This document shows, piece after piece, positions 24,060 through 37,090 of a DNA stretch of 64,000 nt; position 1 is the first letter of the stretch, and every line of letters starts with the position of its first letter. The notes below the pieces were generated by a model. The model ran no database searches. It had not been told where the DNA came from and was given only the letters and a program-made list of their open reading frames with translations. The position numbers and the translations under genes were made by a program. This DNA is from Malacoraja senta (taxonomy: Eukaryota), in assembly GCA_038087875.1 (NCBI GenBank), contig JAXLNO010000260.1, forward strand, positions 186,001-250,000, in the 5' to 3' direction.

Positions 24060-25527
24060 GTGAGATCTCGACAGGAGCACGCAAACCCTATTTTTGCACG
24101 CGCTTTACGGTGTAAATCACATTAACACCATGTCAAACATCTTTTTAGCTGTTCACTGAAATCTTTGCTGAGAAACTTTTTCAGCATGATGGCTCCATTC
24201 GACATCCGTTTAGTGTGCCAGAAAAGGGTGAAATCCATTTTCAAGGCCTTTGTTGCTGAACTTTACAAAACCTCAGTACCAACTTTGTGGGACAAGTTGT
24301 TAGTAAATTTCACTCTAAATCATTACATTATTTTAACTTTCATTGGCTATATTGATTTTTTTTGTGCTTTATATATTCCAGTTGAAAAATGAACTGGTTA
24401 AATTCCATGGTATTGTGAGTTTCTGTGCGTCAATTCCTATTGTACTATTTTTCATTTTTATGAAATTCATTTTGAAAATCTGTATGTAGCAATGTTACAA
24501 CATTTTGAGATTTAAAAAATAAAGTCTGTAATTTATCCCATCAGATAAAGCATAAAAAAGTTTAATTTGACACCTAATTCACTTTCATATCTTAAGTATT
24601 AAAAACGTTATGGCCATTTTCATACTCGAAAATTAGCATCTTGTTCCCTATTGCTTTTCCATTGACAACACAAAAGCTGTGATCGAGGACAATCAAAAGC
24701 CCATAACTTTCTTAAAAATTAAGAGAACTGAAAGAAATGTTCAGTTATTATAGATTGAAGCATTCTGAAACAAATATGAAACAATCTTACTTAGATGACA
24801 TGAAATTAAAGCATATAATTAGTTAGTTACCTAATTGTAGCTAATTACAAAATTCAATTACTAGATCTAAACATCTATCAATTTCTTAAGAATAGATGAA
24901 CATTTTTAAATAGCCTAAGTGTCCAAATAACATTCACACAAGAATTCACAATATAACATAATTTTTAAATCTCATTGTCATGGATTTACAGGCCAAATGG
25001 AAGAAATTTAATGTTTAATACGTGTAAATTAATGGGCATTTAAATCATCTTGCGAATGGGGATTTCTGGAACGCGATCATTTGGAACGTTGATTTGCCGT
25101 GAATTTAACCCCGTATCGGCATGAACAATTCTGCCGTTAGTTCGGGGAAAAGAATCACCGCTTCGCATTAAAAAATGTGAATTAAAGGCTTCTTAAGAAG
25201 CACTTTAATTTAAAAAAAAAACTGCTTTCGTTTACCTGTCCCGTGTGTGAAATCCGTCCCCGTTGTCGGCGTTGACGGCTTTCGAAGCTGATTTTAAAAT
25301 GACTCCAGCGCTGAAATTGTCGATCGAATAAAAATAAAAAATACACAAAACACCCGTAGGAACGATTTTTCAGCAAACGCTTGCACTCCAACGAAATATA
25401 ATTCAGGACAAGGTAGGAGAAACCCGCATTTTAACCCCGCCCCCCCCCCCTTAAAGGCACCAAAATCGCGCACACGGCCAGTGGCAGAATTACAGCGCCG
25501 CTGAAGGTAAGTATTGTAACATACCTA
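24060..25527. mobile_element. Probable non-autonomous DNA transposon fragment (possibly Academ-like)
   Basis: CpG-retaining block distinct from its flanks, ending sharply in ...GTAACATACCTA (CTA terminus); matching left TIR not found. Confidence 0.35.
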
Positions 25528-25654
25528 CTTTATGTATTTCTCTAACAGGAAGTTTAGCTTCCCCATTATAGGTTTTAACTAGGATCTGTTTTACCCTCAA
25601 ATTGACATTGAAACAAGACTACATGTGTGTATATTGTATGTGTGATTTGTACAT

Positions 25655-25850
25655 ATGGTCTTAGAGTAATATAGCAAGGAAACAGGCCCTTCACCCTAAC
25701 TAATTCATGTTGACCAAGGTGCCCATATACCCCAGTCCAACCTGCCCACGTTTGGCACATATCCCTCTAAACGTTTCCTAGCCGTTTATATCTGTCCAAA
25801 TATCTTTTCTTTGTTATATTACCTGCTTCAACTACCTCCTCTGGCATACA
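25655..25850 (-). repeat. CR1 3' end fragment
   Basis: GGAAACAGGCCCTTC...CCTGCTTCAACTACCTCCTCTGGCA. Confidence 0.7.
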
Positions 25851-26514
25851 CCCATCATCTTGAAAAACTTTTTGTGAAGACATTGCCTCCATCACTGGAG
25901 GGAGGCAATGTTGGAAATTAGTCTTTATGGTTACCTGCATCTGGGACTTTGAAAATGGCGCCAAAAAATGGTGACTCTTGCATATGGACTCAGTTAGCTG
26001 TTTCTATGCATCCTGTACTTAATCAGGGATTGTACTTATTTATGGCAATAATCTTACTCATTTGTACGCAAAAATAAAATGTCATTGTACCTTGCTACAT
26101 GTACTAAGAAAGAACTATTGAACCATTGAAGCATTGCCGCCATTTCCACATTTTACAGAAATTGTCTTTCAAAGGCGCAATCTATGACCTGTGTTTTTAA
26201 TTCAACATAAAAAGAAGCAACCCCTAAAGTAAGTTGGCAAAGAGATGCAAATTAAGAGCCTATGAGTAAACTGATGCTTTACCCTAACCCACTACACAGC
26301 TCTATTTCTTCTCATCAGTATTCATCCACATGCATTTTGATGATGATGACATCATTTCTGTGTAAGGTTTCCCAATGCAGGTGCTGGGATCACTGCCCTC
26401 CCCTATCCCATCCACCTCCCCCTTGATCAGCCTATTATTCACAGTAGATTGTGGCAACGACGCATGGGGATAGATTAAGCCAGTCTATCATGTGGGAAGT
26501 GAGTATAAGAAGAA

Positions 26515-26827
26515 TACATAGGGTCTTTTACTGAGAGTAGGGGAATCAAGAACCAGAGGACATAGGTTTAAAGTGACAGAGGAAACTGAGGGTCAACTTT
26601 CTTTACACAAAGGGTGGTAGATATATGGAATGAGCTGCCAGAGGAGGTAGTTGAGACAAGTACTATCACAACGTTTAATAACATTTGGACAGGTATATGA
26701 CTAGGATAGGTTTTGAGGGATATGGGCCACATACACACAGGAGGGACTAGTGTAGAAGGGACATGTTGGTCAGCATGGCCGTTAGGCCAAGGGGCTTGTT
26801 TCCACACTATATAGGTCTATGACTCTA
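26515..26827 (+). repeat. CR1 3' end fragment
   Basis: Near copy of 3140-3470. Confidence 0.8.
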
Positions 26828-26852
26828 AGTGCCCAGTCACATTAAAGATCAA

Positions 26853-27180
26853 GGTGGGAGGCACAGACGCTGCATCACAGCAACAGATGGAGCATTCCCG
26901 ACCTTGGCTGATGTCTGTTTGGAGTTTGCATGTTCTTCCTGTGTCCATATTTCCCCAGATACTCCCATATTCCGAAGTGTTAGTAGGCTACGTGGCCACT
27001 TTTACCACACTTAGTCTGCAGATGAGTGGTAGAAATTGGGGTGGAGGGTAGTTGAAGTAAACATAGCATAAATAAAAAGATGGATTATCATGGGATTGGT
27101 GTGTAAACAGGTGTTTGATGGTAGGTACAATCTCGGTGAACCATAGTATTGGTGGTAGTGTTGTATCTCTCAATGCTCTC
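26853..27180 (+). repeat. Old degenerate tRNA-SINE
   Basis: GTCTGTTTGGAGTTTGCATGTTCTTCCTG core shared with the HE1-like copies. Confidence 0.5.
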
Positions 27181-27479
27181 CATTCCTCCATTCACCAGCC
27201 CCCATCCCCTAAGTTTAAAGTTTGATTCACTTCCATTGAACAACAATGACATGACAGCAACACCCCTTATGGCCAGCTGTATCGGGAATTCTGCATGGAA
27301 AGTTCCACATCAGACTACAAGGTAGAAACCATGGTTATGCCATATACATTCAATTTTCATCAACTTCCCACTGTTTTGCAGGTTACCTGACTGGAAACTG
27401 GCATTAGCTGCTACACCAAAAAAATAGTGGACATTAAAGCCTGGGAAAAAGTTGAAAAAGCTGCAGATAATATTGATAA

Positions 27480-27822
27480 CAGAATCATACAGCTTAGAAA
27501 CAAAACCTTCAGCCCATCAAGCCTACAACAACTATCAACATCCATTTACATGAATTCTACACAAACCCTTTTTTTAGGATTCTCCTCACATTTCCATCAA
27601 CTGCTCCCAGATACTATCACTCACCTCTGCACAAAGATAATTTTACACTGGCCATTTAACTTCCTAACCTACAGATATGGGAGGAAACCAGAGCACCCTA
27701 AGGAAACCAATGTGGTTACAGGATGAAAATGCAAACACCGCACAAACAACACCCAAGGTCAGGATTGATCTCAGTTCTCTGGCACCATGCAGCATCCGCT
27801 CTACTAGCTGCATCATTGTGGT
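27480..27822 (-). repeat. Old degenerate tRNA-SINE
   Basis: GGGAGGAAACCAGAGCACCC...GCAAACACCGCACA core. Confidence 0.6.
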
Positions 27823-28055
27823 GTTCTTAGTGAACCTGCATTTAATGCCAAGGTTTGAGTCCTGGTAATCAGTTTGCTGGTGTACACTGTGCTTGTTTCT
27901 GTTGGGTTTGCTGTGGTTCAGACATACATCTACAGAGGACCACAAAGCATACAATGGTTTTACTGTTTAAGGTGATTACATGAAGCTACAAGAAAGCAGA
28001 GAGCTCATTCCAAAGCAGAATTGTATACCTCTGCCGGTTTACACTTTTCATGTTC

Positions 28056-28668
28056 AATCACAATCACAATAATATTTTATTAGCTAAGTATGTTTTGCAG
28101 CATACGAGGAATTTCATTTGCCAAGTAAGTCATACAAATAAAAAGCAACAGAACACACAAAATACATTTTAACAAACATCCACCACAGTGCCTCCTCCGC
28201 ATTCCACACTGTGATGGAAGGCGAAAAAAAGTTCAAATCTCTTCCCTTAGCTCTCCCGTGGTCGGGGACCTCGAGCCCTCCGATGACGGGACAATCTTGA
28301 CTTCCGTAGCCGGCGGCTTTTGGGCCCTCTGCATCGAGGCGTTCAGCTCCTGCATCTGGGGGATGTCAGATCCCCTGCGCCAGACGATCGGACCCCGCTT
28401 CGGGGCTGGTCGAGCCTCTGCATCGTCGGAGCTTCCCGACTAGCCTCTCTAGCATAGTTACCTATGCTATGTCGTTAATAAAGTTTTGGACCTTTATTAT
28501 GGTGTAAGGCTTCAGTTATTTGGACAGCCACAACACAACAGACCCCTCCCCCCACATAAAACAAACCAGAGAACATTGACATAGACTTTTAACGCACACT
28601 AAAAATAAAAAAAGACGGAAAATCACACAGACTGTTGGCGGGGCTATCAACCGTGCGCCGCCCCTGGG
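28056..28668 (-). mobile_element. GC-rich non-autonomous retroposon; middle replaced by ~100 bp of unrelated filler
   Basis: 28056-28445 and 28545-28668 are colinear with 31225-31980; (GATTGT)n tail. Confidence 0.7.
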
Positions 28669-29923
28669 TTTCCTTTCGCCTACAATCACTGACAACACCA
28701 GTCGCTCCCTCAGTTTGAACATCCCACTTGTCCAATGTGTTATGAATTTTGAAACTTATTGTAGGTACTTAACCACATAATACTTTTCCTAACCTTCTTT
28801 TCCTTTGCTAAATGTTTCTGTAGAACAAACAGCATTACCAATCATCTTTCCAAAACACTTTACATGATCAGGGAATCGATTCTTGACTGTCAGTAGACCA
28901 AAGCCTTTGGCTTTCTGCGGTGAGTAAAACAGCTGCTTACTTCTAAATATACTTTTATTGTATTCATGTATCTCCTCAGTTATTGACTGCCCTATACTCT
29001 CCATAAATCTGTCTTTTCAATCTCCTATTCTCCTCATCTGACGTCTTCCCATCTGTGAGCAATAAATCTGCAAGATATTTTAATAAGTCTAATATTCATG
29101 GGCTATCAACCTACTGTAGTAATTTGTTGGTCACCACTCACCAATTTACTCCACACAAAAGTGAAACTATGTCCATTATTGCCTCACGTAAGAAGATTAT
29201 TACAAAGGCAAAGCTTTCTGAGTGGCTTAACATCTTAACCTTGCGCTATCAGCTGAATTAAATGCCTGGATGCCAAGCAGGACATTTAAAGTGAGCAGAA
29301 CAAAATGTAGGCTCATTTTACAGATAAATACAGTATATAACCTTGTGCTGACATAAATCTTAAGTCGGTAAATTCCTTGGGGCTGCTTCCTCTCTGTCAC
29401 CATTGTTTCTCTGGAAAGAGATTAGAAATATAGAAACGCAGAAATGTTACAACTCTAATCAACCTATCGATTCAGTGTCAACCCTATGCATGAGCAATTT
29501 GGCGAGTCCCACCCCTGCTTTCTCCCAATATCCTTGCAATTTTTTTCCCCTTTCAAGTACTAATCCATTTTCTTTTCAAACATCAATTCTGCCTCCAATA
29601 TCTTCATCTGAAGTACTTTCTAGGGAACTGTTTCTTTCCATCGATGCTAACTAAACAATTCATCAGTTAAATGGCTCTATTATATTTTCTCATTTGCCTC
29701 CCCCAACCCCCACTTCTCTGTTCCAGAGAATAACTCCATGATCTTGGGCCTATCCACATATCTAAGAGTTTTCATTTCTTAAATATTCATTTCCACGAGT
29801 CTCTATTTGTAAACCTACATGATTCTGACCACTTCCCTGCCATGTACCACCATTTATGTCCATTTTCACATTTCTGTATTTCTTTGAGAATCCTCTGGTT
29901 AATATTACTTCTGCCCTCTTCCT

Positions 29924-30248
29924 TTAGTTTATTTTATTTTAGTTTAGTTGTTTAATATAGATATACAGTGTGGAAACAGGCCTTTTGGTCCATTGAGTCT
30001 GTACAGACAAGGGTTCACCTGTACACTAGTTCTATCTATCCAACACCCGAGGGACACTTTTTTCAGAAGCTAATTAACCTATAAATCTGTACGTCTTTGG
30101 GCTGTGATAACCGGAGGACCCAGAGAAAACCCACGCGGTCACAGGGAGAATGTGCAATCTCTGTACAGACAATGCCTGTAGTCAGTGTCAAACTTGGGTC
30201 TCTGATGCTATAAGGCAGCAGCTCCACCGCTGTGCCACTGTGCCACCC
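29924..30248 (-). mobile_element. tRNA-derived SINE (HE1-like)
   Basis: Homologous to 3825-4134. Confidence 0.85.
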
Positions 30249-30883
30249 TATTGACGTATAACATGTTACATTTTTCTGTGTTTAAGTTTTGTTTACTGCA
30301 CGTCCATTTCCACCAGCTATCTGTATCCTATTGAAGTCTATCACAGTACATTCGACATCTGCAAATTCAGAACCATACCTTGCAAACCCAAGTGCTTGTC
30401 ATTAATATTCTTCTAGGACAGTGGCAACCCTTGGCAAACATTATACAGTCCTTCATCCTGAACATCAACCATTCACTGCTACACTCAGTCTCCTATTAAC
30501 TGGTCAATTTACATCTACACTGCCCCATTTTTATTCCATCCTTCTACTACATGACTAAAAAATTATGTGCACCCTAAAAAGTTTGCCTGTGAACCTGCTG
30601 CTGCAGACTTCAGTAACATTCTCCTGACTTGATAGTTAGTTTTTAAGGGGAAGGAGGTAAGGCAAGGAAAGTACAGTAGGTGATGGTGGTGTCATTGAAA
30701 GTCAAGGGAACATTTTATATTGGTCATTGTTCATACTGCACAACTAAAAAAATCCCAATCCTGGACTTCCAATGCAGGAGAGATTAATGATGACGATAAT
30801 TAGGCCAAAAATATCATTATCTCTGCTGAACCCATGCAACCGTGATTTGGTTTTTTTTGCAAACTAACCACCAGAATAAGATA

Positions 30884-31111
30884 TGTAGGAAGGAAGATGC
30901 TGGTTTACACCGAAGATAGACACAAAATGCTGGATAAACTCAGCGGGTTAAGCAGCATCTCTGGAGAAAAGGTATAGGTGATGTTTCGGTTCGATACCCT
31001 TCTTCAGACTGTCTGAGTCTGAAGAAGGGTCTTGACCTGAAACGTCACCTATTTCTACACTCCAGCTATGCTGCCTGACCCACTAAATTACTCCAGCATT
31101 TTGTGTCTATC
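30884..31111. mobile_element. Palindromic Penelope-type unit with two inverted hammerhead-like motifs
   Basis: ~95-bp inverted arms 30915-31010 / 31016-31111 separated by 5 bp. Confidence 0.85.
31016..31050 (+). ncRNA. Minimal type I hammerhead ribozyme-like motif
   Basis: CTGAAGA (31019-31025), stem-loop II GGTC-TT-GACC, GAAACGTC (31039-31046) with palindromic ACGT in place of helix III. Confidence 0.6.
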
Positions 31112-31224
31112 ATCACCAAAATAAGACTTCAGGTTAGCATGTATTCCTTCAACCCCTCTCGTTCAAATGCTGCCTTGTTTCCAAGAAGTTTTGTTCTACC
31201 TATACTTTGAAATTAATCTAATTT

Positions 31225-31980
31225 CAGAATCAGAATCAGAATCAGAATCAGATTTTATTCACCAAGTATGTTTTGCAACATATGAGGAATTTCACTGGAC
31301 AGGTCAGTCATACAATTAAAAGCAACAGACTCAAAAACACATTTTAACATGAACATCCACCACAGTGACTCCTACACATTCCTCACTGTGATGGAAGGCG
31401 AAATAAATTTCAAGTCCTTACTTTTGTTCTTCCTCGGTCGGGGGCCTAGAGCCCTCCGTTGACGGGATGGTCTTGACTCTCGTAGCTGGCGGCGTTCGGG
31501 CCCTCCGCGTCGAGGCGTTCAGCTCTTGCATCGGGGGGTTATCAGCTCCCCCGCGCCGGGCGATCGAACCTCGCGTCAGGACTGGTTGAACCTTCTGCGG
31601 CGTTGGAGCTCTTGACTCGGCCTCTCCCGAGACTGCAAGCCCTTGTTGGTAAGTCCGCTGGCCATGGTGGGAGTGATCCCAGGCAAGTGATCCGCTCCGA
31701 TGTTAAGCTCCAGCGATGGTAGGCCGCAGAGCCCGGAGAATGTGATCCGGAAATTAATCACATCTCTGGGAAGGTAAGAACTTGAAAAAAAGTTTCCCCC
31801 GATCCCCCCCCGATCGCCCCCCCGATCCCCCTCCCCGATCGCCCCCCCCCTACTCCCCCCACATAAAACAAACCAAAGTACATTAAAACAAACTCTTAAC
31901 AGACGCTAAAAATAACAAAAAGTGAAAAAACGAACAGACTGCTGGCAGGGCTGGCCATCTCCCCGGCGCCCCTGGTGGTC
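31225..31980 (-). mobile_element. Apparently full-length (~755 bp) GC-rich non-autonomous retroposon
   Basis: Head CCACCAGGGGCGCC, T-rich stretch, (GGGGGGGATC)-like G-tract, GC-rich body, AATAAA and (TGATTC)n tail; no ORF or pol III boxes seen. Confidence 0.75.
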
Positions 31981-34099
31981 TAAGTTATGGGCCAAATTGA
32001 TAATGGTTGGGCATTGTCAAATATTCACTCCGAAAGCTTGTGGACTTTAGCTAGAATGATAGAATTGGTATGGAAGGAATTTATAATTAGAAGCGAGGGG
32101 AAAAAATTGTCAGAATATTATGCTGTTATGAGTCTTAACTTCAAATGAAAGGATGGACAGTGAAACATTTTGCGAGAGAATGGTTATGCACTTGAAATTA
32201 GATAAACTTAGAAAAAGTAAAGATTAGCCCAACATCCCTGGATACTGAAATACCTTTAGGAGTCTGATGTCTTTGTACAAGAACCCGGTTTGTTCCGATA
32301 TTCCAAAGATATTCCAAATTCTCTCAACATGGCCATTATAAGAAATTTTAGGTCAGAATATTATAAGCAGCATAAAATGATAACAGAGTGTTAGGTAGAA
32401 AATGTAGTCAGGTGTTAGATGCACTTATTAGCATGCTTTAGAGTGAAAATTAATACCCTAAAATCTACGATTTGTTTTCTAAATTTCCAACTGATTTTAA
32501 ACAATGATTGATTTTGGATTCAAGCTCATCCTTACCTGGATGTATCATGGATTTAAAAAAATGTTTCAATTATTAGTATTATGTAGTAATGTAGTATTAG
32601 GTGGTGATGACTTAATGCAATTTGCAGTCACAAATAAATGGTTTGTGTGCTGCATTGTATGGCATCAGTTTATTGAAACTTGCAAATCAGTTCAATTGCC
32701 TGTCATCCACATATTAAAAATGTACTCACCTGTAAAAATTGTATATAGTGCTTGATAGTGGCCATCGAGTTTAAGAGATAAATCCAATTTGAAAATGGCA
32801 AACATTAACTATCCGTAGACATGATCAGAACACTCTGAATGGGTCACCGTCATCAATGAATTATCCTGTCTCACCTGAAATATATTTGGGTAATCTACTG
32901 GCAGAAAACCCTTGCAACAGTTCAGTAACTATCACATGACTTCAGTGTAATGTTGTGTTAATCATTTCAAGCTGCTTTATTTCCTTTACACATATGTCAC
33001 CCTGTATGTGCCACATAATGAAACACATCAGTATTGCTGCATAAATGCGCAAAATGTGAAAAATAACCCGGAGGGTCAAAAATTCCTATTTAGTGCATAC
33101 TCACCAGCTGGAAGGGAGTTTCAAGCTGTAACGCTGAGCTTCATTGGTGTTCATAAATTGCTTTGGAGCCCCTGATTACTGCACAATGTGTAACTCGCTA
33201 CTGGCTATCAATTATATCTATAATGTTATCTTGCCAACATTCTTTGCTGTACACTTGTTCTTTGCTATGTTGAATCTTCTAGTTAATCTGTATGCTATAA
33301 ATTGCAAGCACAGTGTGGGACCTCCATCAATTGCTCATAACTATTGTACAGCAGATATTCAATTTGTGAATTTTGTGAAGTTGTTTGTCTTATACTGACC
33401 TATGCAAATTTGTTAAATCCTTGACAGTCATTCCTTTTCCAAAGGCCATAATATGTCAAATGAAGCAGATCATACTTTTGCTTGTCAATTTTGATCAAGA
33501 ACTATACATGTATGTTTTGTGGTTAAAAGCTGAGTGATTGTCAGCTTGCGCTGGTGCCAGGCTTCAGCCAGAGGTTACACAGTCAGCAGTTGCCCCTTCC
33601 CCAAAATTCTCCCAATGTTGCTTCAGAACTAGTCACCAGGAGATTACTGAAGAGAAGCCAAGGGTAATTTGCTCTGAAGTGTATTGACCTTATTGGAATA
33701 ATAAGTTGCCAACCTTCCTGTAAGACTAACATTTTTCTTTTCAGAGCGGAGTAGATACAAAATGCACGTTTTTAGCACTTAACACCATGCTTCCTTCCAA
33801 TGTATATATTGTTGACAAAATCAAAATAATATAACTAATGGTTGAGGATACCTAATTTCTGTTCTGGTCTGAAATGAGCCCAAGTAAAACTGAGGATTGC
33901 TGGATCTCATTAGACTTCAACTGATAGTGAAACCATTTCATGGCCAATGCATTTTCAAATCCATCTTTTTTTCTCCCCCATTCTCAGAATTATGATCGCG
34001 TGCTGAAGATGGATTCATAATTGCCAGCAATCAAACATGTTACAATTGAGGCACTAACACTTGGCTGATACCTAATCATTCCTTAATTTATTATATGGC

Positions 34100-34323
34100 A
34101 ATCGAGGGCTCGGGAAGGCCCCGACCACGGGTGAACATTGGGGAACATTAGAGGAAGAGGACTGACAGTGGGAAACTTTGATTCTGCTGTGTGGGAATAT
34201 TTTATGTTGAATTCTATCAACTCTATGTTGTGTTCTTTATTTTTACTGTATGGCTGTATGGTGATTACATTTCACTGTGCCAACTGGCACATGTGACAAA
34301 TAAATGTATCTTGTATCTTGTAT
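34100..34323 (+). repeat. 3' part of the GC-rich retroposon
   Basis: GAGGGCTCG...CCCCGACC, GGCACATGTGACAAATAAA and (TATCTTG)n tail. Confidence 0.6.
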
Positions 34324-35665
34324 GCTACATACTGTGCAATATCTAATGTTGGCAGAAAGTGAAATTGGTTTATTCATAGCCATATTTCTAAAATTGCACT
34401 TGGCCCACTGCTGGTTTCCAATGCTGAACTCACCATATTTTAATTGTTGTTTTAATTGAACTTTGTAGCTAATACGCATATTCAATAAAATTGATGTGAG
34501 TCTACACATTGAATATCAGATTAATATTCACACCTTTGCAATATTAATATTGTTGCAGTTCAACTTGGATGAGTGGTCAATTTTAATTAAATTGAACTTA
34601 ACTTTGTCAGTTCCTAAATTCAGACTGAAACTAACGGTGCAATAAATTGAGTTATGCATTATTTGCTCAGATCGGCAGATACAATTAACCATGCCTTTCC
34701 CTAGAAGTTACTACATTAAAGACAATAAAACAGAATGGTCGGTCACCCTAACAAGACTGTGATCTTTAGTTGTGAGTTTCAGAGATGGGTTTTTATTGTG
34801 TTTCCCCATACTCCACCTCTGCAACATATTCAGCACTGTGTTTTATTGATCCCTTGCATGTTCTCAGCTGTAGGCTGTTAGGCTTGCAGTTGTGGTTTCT
34901 GCAGGCTCTATTTTTCTCTGTTAAAGGGTCATACATGCAGCATACTTTCAGCTACTGGGGATTATTGCCACATAATGCAGCAATGATGTGAGGAGGCAGG
35001 AGAGTACTCTAAGAATGACAGAAGGACCACTACAGGCATGTGAAGAATTAATGCCTGCAAAATATATTTTATTTGTGGAAGGAGTCCACAGAGACCTTCA
35101 GAGTTGTAGCCAGGTATGCTTGGCGTGACATTTTTGGGAATGATTCTGTAAATAATAGCACTATTGGAATGATTTATGAGAGTCCACACATTGAGAAAGC
35201 TTGCAATGCAGGCACATACAGTAGCTTTGCCTCTCTCCCTGCCTTTCTAGACTGAAGGAAGCGCAGATGAGGTCTTTATTTCTCCTGAGTTTAAGTGACC
35301 ACACTAATATAGTAGCAAGGAGAAAACCACAAGATATAATAGATATAGGTAGATGCTCCCTGAAATGATCCTGTACCTGGTTTGCTGAATGACCATGACT
35401 TTGACCTTGGCAAGCAAAGCAGACAATACATATGTGCATATAAGGTCGTAGATGGTCACAACATCATTAGGAAAGCTACAGATTCATACAGACATGCAGA
35501 GAAATGCAGCCCAGAACAGGCCTTTTAACCCAAGTTGACCTTCAATCACTCCTTTACACAAATTATATCCTATTCCCATTATTTCATGCTCACAATATTC
35601 TTACCATCTCTCTCCTGGATTCTACCACTCACCTATTTTGTTATAAGAATTTACAATGACTAATT

Positions 35666-36220
35666 GTGGGTGACCATGGTGGCACAAGCGTAACATAGAA
35701 CATAGAAACATAGAAAATAGGTGCAGGAGGAGTCCATTCGGCCCTTCGAGCCACACCGCCATTCATTGTGATCATGGCTGATCGTCCCCAATCAATAACC
35801 CGTGCCTGCCTTCTCCCCGTATCCCTTGATTCCACCAGCCCCTAAAGCTCTATCTAACTCTCTCTTAAATCCATCCAGTGACTTGGCCTCCACTGCCCTC
35901 TGTGGCAGGGAATTCCACAAATTCACAACTCTCTGGGTGAAAAAGTTTAGAGTTGCAATGCTTGCATCGCCGGAGACCCAGGTTTGATCCCGACTACAAG
36001 TGTTTGTATGTTCTCCACATGACGGCGTGGGTTTTGTCCGAGATCTTCAGTTTCCTCCCACACTCCAAAGACGTACAGGTATGTGGGTTAATTGGCTTGG
36101 TGTATGTGTACATTTTCCCTAGTGCATGGAGGACAATGTTAATGTGCGGGGATCGCTGGTCGGTGCGGACTCGGTGGGCCGAAGGGCCTGTTTCCACGCT
36201 ATATCTCTAAACTAAACAAA
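35666..36220 (+). mobile_element. HE1-like SINE interrupted by a CR1 fragment and itself inserted in an older SINE
   Basis: Head 35666-35692, body resumes at 35948 (TAGAGTTGC); ACTAATT flanks both sides. Confidence 0.75.
35693..35947 (-). mobile_element. CR1 3' fragment nested in the SINE
   Basis: (TTTCTATG)n tail and CR1 3' UTR on the minus strand. Confidence 0.85.
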
Positions 36221-36334
36221 ACTAATTAGCGTACTAACTCACACATTTTTGGAATGTGGGAGGACACCAGAACATCAAAGGAAATCCATGTGGTCACAGG
36301 GAGAGCATGTAAACTTCAGACAGCACCTGAGGTT

Positions 36335-37090
36335 GTCACGGGAAAATAAGAGTTGTGATTTTATGTTGCAACTTCATAAAACACTGGTTGGGCTGCACTT
36401 GGAGTATTATGTGTCTTTCTGGTTGCTACAATTTATGAAGGATGTATTCACTGCAGAGAGTGCAATTAATCAATCTGAAGAAGCGTCCTGACCCGAAACA
36501 TCATCTGTCCATGTTTTCCTGGGATGCTGCATGATCCGCTGAGTTACTGTAACATTTTATGTCTTTCCTTGGTAAACCAACATCTGCAATTCCTTGTTTC
36601 TTTATCAGGTCGTTGCTTGGATTAAGGGCTTTAGTTATGGGGAAAGTCTGGATCAGCTGGGCTTGTTTTCCATGAAGCAAAGAAGACTGAGAGGTGACTC
36701 CTTCAAGCCTGCGGTGCTGGCTCGAAGGGCCGAATGGCCTACTCCTGCACCTATTGTCTATTAACCTAATAGAAAAATATACGAGTGTGGAAGACATTGT
36801 TCGAATGGATAGCCAAAACCCTTTTGAGATATCAAAAAAATGAGTTTTGAACAGGATCTAAGTGGTGTATTTATTACCCAGAGTGTAGTCGATATCTGGA
36901 ACACATTGCCAGACAGTTGCTGTAATCAGATAGAACTATTCCATTGAAGGGATATTTGGCTAGGCACTAAAAATAGGAAAGGCAAAGAAAAATACAGTCC
37001 TAATGTGGGCAAATGGAATGAGTGCAGATGGGTAAAATATTCAGCATGAATGTGTTGAGCTGATAGCTCTGTTTCTATATTGTTCGTCTC
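36335..37090 (+). repeat. Degenerate CR1 with nested Penelope-type unit (~36472-36600) and a short CR1 tail (~36710-36762)
   Basis: MLQLHKTLVGLHLEYYV motif; CTGAAGAAGCGTCCTGACCCGAAACATC. Confidence 0.65.

Noticed and set aside
23905..24065. Exon-like segment (polypyrimidine tract, AG, then GTGAGA)
   Set aside because: Stops in the frames I checked and no partner exons found; not supportable as coding
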